The notes beneath the pieces are model-generated. The model saw only the letters and a program-made list of their open reading frames with translations. It did not search any database and was not told the DNA's origin. A stretch of 54,313 nt of DNA, counting the filler, from Asterionella formosa (lineage: Eukaryota), in the NCBI GenBank assembly GCA_002256025.1. It is 4 parts of 4 records of this genome, joined end to end, with 100 filler letters (N's around TTAATTAATTAA, not from the genome) between each part and the next. Parts side by side here need not be neighbours in the genome. Positions count along the whole stretch, not along the records: positions 40,822 to 54,313 come from NKIB01006650.1; 3 more parts are not named here. One strand, written 5' to 3'. Within the stretch, counting starts at the first letter, position 1; every line of letters begins with the position of its first letter. The position numbers and the translations under genes were made by a program. This document shows positions 49,231-54,313 of this stretch, one piece after another.

Positions 49231-50615
49231 TTAAACAGTGTCCATAAAGGATTCTCCCTTCTCCTTTGTACCTGCTGGAACAGTCTTACCAGGAGGCACT
49301 TGGCAATCATTTAAATTGCAATTTTCTCCAATAGTACACCCTTCCCCAAGAATCGAATTTTGTAACACACAATTCTCTCCCACACGTACATTGTTCATCA
49401 CAACAACATTGTTCAATCGACACTTGGCAGATACAATCACATTACGACCGATGCTGCATGACTTGCACTGTACCTTATCACCCAACTCTGAATCCTTGAG
49501 AATGATAGTAAGGAACTTTGAATTTAGAGTTGCACCCTCAGGAAGAGCCACACATGGGTTCTTAGCAGTATTGTCTTCTACAGCTTTCATCACAACTTCT
49601 CGACAGGCATATAAATAGGAAGGAATGGTACTAGCACGCATCACTCCTTTGGATCCCACTACCACATGAGCACGGACAGCATACGGGTCTGTAGCTTCTT
49701 CTTCTTCGTCACGTCCAAATGTGGCTCGTATTCCTTGAAACTGTCGACCAACTAACAATGGAATCAAATCTCCTTGGACTGATACCAGTGATGATCGTAC
49801 TGCCCAAAGACGTTGCACCCATGGACTAAAGACATAGGCATGGACATCACTCCAATCCATGCGAATGGTTGTAACTCCAGAACGAAGTCGAGGTTTGGGG
49901 AGAATCAGTTTTGGGGAATTTCCCGTAAATTCTTCATCTTGTTCCACATCAATTTTACTTTGCTTCCAAACGACGCGAGGTGCGGCGATAGTAGTACTAG
50001 TTATTTGTTGCTGATGCGAGGATAGTCCAATGTATTCAATATCTTCCTCTTCTCTCCCAAGTCCTCCTTTCTTCGCCTTTGCTGATTCTTTTAACGGCAC
50101 ACCATGTTCATCTTGTTCTCCAACATCAACCAATAACATGGTACAAGCTGTTGCTGGCTCTGTCATTTTAGCAAATGTATCATTGGTTCCTTGTCGATGT
50201 GCCTGGACCAATGCCTCCAGACACGACGGTTCCACAACGACCAAATCTCCTGGCAAGACCAACACATGGCTTGTGATTGGGATATCTAATGCTTGCAATG
50301 CTTGTACTGATCCTGCACTATCCCCAACTACTGGGACACATGTAATGACAAGTGTATCCTGGAATACATACTGTTGTTGTTGTTGTCCACAAACGACCCC
50401 ATCCAGTCCCTTGATCATGGCACATGTCTTTGTATCCAAAGACGAGACACACACAAACACTTGATGAAATCCAGTCATATAGAGAGCATGAAGAAGACGA
50501 GCCAACATGGGAATTCCGCCCACTGGTAACAAATGTTTGGGATGATCTGGACATGTTAATGGGAAAAGCCGAGCACCTGTGGATGAAGCCAAAATGACAG
50601 CAACAAACTCGGGTG
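49231..50615 (-). CDS. EIF2B3: Translation initiation factor eIF2B gamma subunit, start lost in gap
   Basis: EFVAVILASSTGARLFPLT..PKHLLPVGG nucleotidyltransferase-like N-terminus, DVHAYVF, DLIPLLV..QF, C-terminal left-handed beta-helix hexapeptides. Confidence 0.88.
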
Positions 50616-51625
50616 NNNNNNNNNNNNNNNNNNNNNNNNNNNNNNNNNNNNNNNNNNNNNNNNNNNNNNNNNNNNNNNNNNNNNNNNNNNNNNNNNNNNN
50701 NNNNNNNNNNNNNNNNNNNNNNNNNNNNNNNNNNNNNNNNNNNNNNNNNNNNNNNNNNNNNNNNNNNNNNNNNNNNNNNNNNNNNNNNNNNNNNNNNNNN
50801 NNNNNNNNNNNNNNNNNNNNNNNNNNNNNNNNNNNNNNNNNNNNNNNNNNNNNNNNNNNNNNNNNNNNNNNNNNNNNNNNNNNNNNNNNNNNNNNNNNNN
50901 NNNNNNNNNNNNNNNNNNNNNNNNNNNNNNNNNNNNNNNNNNNNNNNNNNNNNNNNNNNNNNNNNNNNNNNNNNNNNNNNNNNNNNNNNNNNNNNNNNNN
51001 NNNNNNNNNNNNNNNNNNNNNNNNNNNNNNNNNNNNNNNNNNNNNNNNNNNNNNNNNNNNNNNNNNNNNNNNNNNNNNNNNNNNNNNNNNNNNNNNNNNN
51101 NNNNNNNNNNNNNNNNNNNNNNNNNNNNNNNNNNNNNNNNNNNNNNNNNNNNNNNNNNNNNNNNNNNNNNNNNNNNNNNNNNNNNNNNNNNNNNNNNNNN
51201 NNNNNNNNNNNNNNNNNNNNNNNNNNNNNNNNNNNNNNNNNNNNNNNNNNNNNNNNNNNNNNNNNNNNNNNNNNNNNNNNNNNNNNNNNNNNNNNNNNNN
51301 NNNNNNNNNNNNNNNNNNNNNNNNNNNNNNNNNNNNNNNNNNNNNNNNNNNNNNNNNNNNNNNNNNNNNNNNNNNNNNNNNNNNNNNNNNNNNNNNNNNN
51401 NNNNNNNNNNNNNNNNNNNNNNNNNNNNNNNNNNNNNNNNNNNNNNNNNNNNNNNNNNNNNNNNNNNNNNNNNNNNNNNNNNNNNNNNNNNNNNNNNNNN
51501 NNNNNNNNNNNNNNNNNNNNNNNNNNNNNNNNNNNNNNNNNNNNNNNNNNNNNNNNNNNNNNNNNNNNNNNNNNNNNNNNNNNNNNNNNNNNNNNNNNNN
51601 NNNAATATAGGAAGGGAGCGAGACC

Positions 51626-52974
51626 ATGGCACCATTGAATCCTAATCATCCTACTGATGCCAATCAGCATCGACCTGGTGGAATTTATAACGTTACCGAG
51701 AGTGGGATTTTGTTTCAACATGGAGGCGAACTTTCGACACCAAAAGATGGTGAAGAATATTTGGAACGCATGCGGTACGTTGCAAGAGAGTGTACAGTAT
51801 AGTATGTAAAGGCATTGTACCGAGACATTCATAGTTTTGCTCCACCCACTCATCTTATATTTATACCGTACAACACTTGAACAGAACTGGCTTCTCCATG
51901 AAAGTATTAGATCGACCAAATGAGAATGAAATAGTGTTTGAAATGATTGGTATTGATGCATCCTTTGCAAATGCATTACGGCGTATCCTTATTGCAGATA
52001 TTCCTACAATGGCTATTGAAAATGTCTACATGTGGGATAATACATCCATTATTCATGATGAAGTTTTAGCTCATCGACTTGGATTAATTCCTATTCATGT
52101 CGATGCACGAATGTTTGATGAATTCCCAACAATAGCAACACAAGCACTGTTAGATGACAATGGACAAGATGAGGAACATGATAATGATGAAACGGAACGA
52201 GCGACGGATAGAAATACTATTGTCTTTAAAATTGCTGTGACTTGTCGTCGATCAGAGGCACCTGCCATGCCAACATCAGCTGCCACTGGTACAGCGGGAG
52301 AGGAAGATTCAGTATTGCCTGGGCATGATACTGGGATAGATATGGATGCCATGAGAAAGGCGGCTATTGAAACTCCCAATCGACCCTATACCAAACATGT
52401 GTATTCCAGCGATATGGAATGGGTGCCACAAGGAGATCAAGAAGCTAGATTTCCAAATGGCATACGACCAGTTCATGAAGATATTTTGATTGCCAAATTA
52501 CGACCTGGACAATCAATTGAATTGGAAGCACACGCACATCAAGGGACTGGCAAGGATCATGCCAAATATTCACCTGTTGCAACGGCGTGTTATAGACTCA
52601 TGCCTCAAATTGAACTCTTAAAAGACATTTATGACGAAACAGCGGAAGAGTTGGTATACTTGCATGAACCGGGGGTGTTTACGTTGGTCAAAACAGACAA
52701 ATCAGATCCGCCAGGAACGAGGATGAAAGCTAAGATATGCAATCCCTATGCTTGTACTATGTCCAGAAACTTTATGCGGAACCCAGAATTGGCGGAAGCC
52801 ATCAAGATGACTAGAATTCCAAATCATTTTATCTTTTCAGTGGAATCAGTAGGAATGATGAAGCCTGCCGTATTGGTGGCAGAAGCGCTAAGGATCTTGC
52901 AAGCCAAATGTAATCGAATCATGCAATTAGCCCATGATACTGTCTTTGAGAATTCTGGGACCATGGGAGACTAA
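51626..52974 (+). CDS. POLR1C: RNA polymerase I/III subunit AC40 (412 aa); exons 51626-51774 and 51885-52974
   Basis: GIDASFANALRRILIADIPTMAIE, NTSIIHDEVLAHRLGLIP, DILIAKLRPGQ, GKDHAKYSPVATACYRLMP, HFIFSVESVG; phase-2 intron GTACGT...ACAG. Confidence 0.95.
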
Positions 52975-53332
52975 TAGTGACAACATACGAATCAAATGGG
53001 TATATGCTACCTGGTACGGGTTCGTCATAGCTCCTTATAAAGTACTGGTAAGCTTTTCAATTTTAAGAGCTTGTGTTAATGGCGACAACGTGGAAAGTAG
53101 AATGATTGAATATTTTGAAACTGAAGGCGTTAGTAAGTGAAGAGTGCTATACATCAACCAACCAACGCGGTTGGTTGACAAAAGAATGAATATATCTTTT
53201 TCTTGTTATTTCCTCTTTCGTAATAACCATCACGATGATTGATTACGAGACTGACTGTCATGCAAAAATCACTCTTTATTCAGCCAAAGATGAAGTTCTA
53301 AACTTTCATCAACAGCAATTGAACACATGAGT

Positions 53333-54283
53333 CTAAACTTGGAAATGGCTTTTCCTGATGATTTTATATTTTCTCCGTGACTTTTTTGAAAAGCAAATTC
53401 CCTCTCGCTTCGTGCCCATATCGCTGACACCCAGTTGAAGTGCACTGGTGACCCAGTAACTCGTCTTGCCTCGGGTTTTGTCATGGGCCTTGAGCCTCAA
53501 ATAAGTTTCACGGATCTCGTGAGGGATATGCTCGCATGCTTGGAAGTGGACTCTCTGCCAAGTACAAACAGAGCGATAGATATCCTGTAACGATTTCGGA
53601 AAAAAGCTTGCCATGTTGGGTGCGTCCGTCAAAGGTGCCCGCGCACAGTGAACACATCGAATACCAACTCTCGCAACCGCATCAAGGCTTTTGTCGTTGT
53701 CTGCGACAAATAGCTCCAAAAGTTCAGATCGAACAAAGCAATGAAGGCTATTGAGCTTGTCAGAATCTGCAGGAACTCCAAGACGCAGAGGTTTAAGGCG
53801 GTTATTGGCGGAATCAGCTTTCGACTCTGTCTCACCGCTTGACATCGAAGAGGGACTCAAGGATTCGAATGGAAGAGGTGCTAATTCGCTGACAGTTTCC
53901 TGCTTAATTCTCGTCATTCCATTTGTTTGGCTCGCAAATGTGTGCTTGTAATTATTCGCCTGTTGCTGTGCCGTAGAAGGGATAGGAAATCTCATGATCA
54001 AAAGCGCGGACGCAGCCTCGTTGATAATATTTAAATCATGCATTTCCGAAAGGTTGAGCGACGATCGAGCGATTGGCGATACATGAGCTTCTAGAGAGCT
54101 AGGGCTTGATTGTTTTGTCTGAAAAAATCCTGATCTTTTGAAACTCTGATCTGATGCCACTTCTTCCATGGCGGGCATTCGTGGACAGGTGTCACTTCCA
54201 CGAGCCTGTTCTTCGTTCTCGATGGTCGGGGGAGATACGAGAACAGTACGTACACAGTCATTTGACCAGCCGGAAGAACCCAT
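53333..54283 (-). CDS. Diatom-type Cys/His domain protein (putative regulator); 5' end may lie outside the window
   Basis: Low-complexity N-terminus, then LNSLHCFVRSELLELF...RVGIRCVHC...FPKSLQDIY...WQRVHFQAC..IP...YWVTSALQLG, a motif set I recognise from diatom hypothetical proteins. Confidence 0.8.
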   Translation of the reverse strand: MGSSGWSNDCVRTVLVSPPTIENEEQARGSDTCPRMPAMEEVASDQSFKRSGFFQTKQSSPSSLEAHVSPIARSSLNLSEMHDLNIINEAASALLIMRFPIPSTAQQQANNYKHTFASQTNGMTRIKQETVSELAPLPFESLSPSSMSSGETESKADSANNRLKPLRLGVPADSDKLNSLHCFVRSELLELFVADNDKSLDAVARVGIRCVHCARAPLTDAPNMASFFPKSLQDIYRSVCTWQRVHFQACEHIPHEIRETYLRLKAHDKTRGKTSYWVTSALQLGVSDMGTKREGICFSKKSRRKYKIIRKSHFQV

Positions 54284-54313
54284 CGTGAAGCGAAGAGGAG
54301 CAAAAGCATCCTT

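Overview
Eukaryotic nuclear DNA, most likely a diatom draft scaffold: short GT-AG introns, diatom-type gene families and retroelements, N-gaps, and three artificial TTAATTAATTAA spacers. The first ~11 kb is a nested transposon island. A decayed Kolobok/PF20700-like transposase lies next to an open KolX/P2X7-ballast-like ORF. A 6.8-kb CATCTA-ended element carries two ~190-bp satellite arrays in foldback arrangement, a Harbinger-type MITE sits inside it, and a tRNA-derived SINE with a 16-bp TSD lies nearby. The rest has housekeeping genes (AAA_16 ATPase, two ArfGAP paralogs, RAD5/HLTF-like helicase, WDR76, CSN3, eIF2B-gamma, RNA pol I/III AC40), hypothetical proteins and more TE remnants (pogo-like, copia, gypsy, a 2.1-kb LTR element). 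Two genes are missed by the ORF track: a SelW/Rdx selenoprotein (CGGU, intron, candidate SECIS) and a cytochrome c with an in-frame TGA at a conserved Gly. Intergenic DNA is strongly enriched in TA-CC(A/T)GG-TA chains, which match what excision of the local TA|CCAG...CTGG|TA transposons could leave. All protein family calls come from motif recognition by eye; no database search was run.
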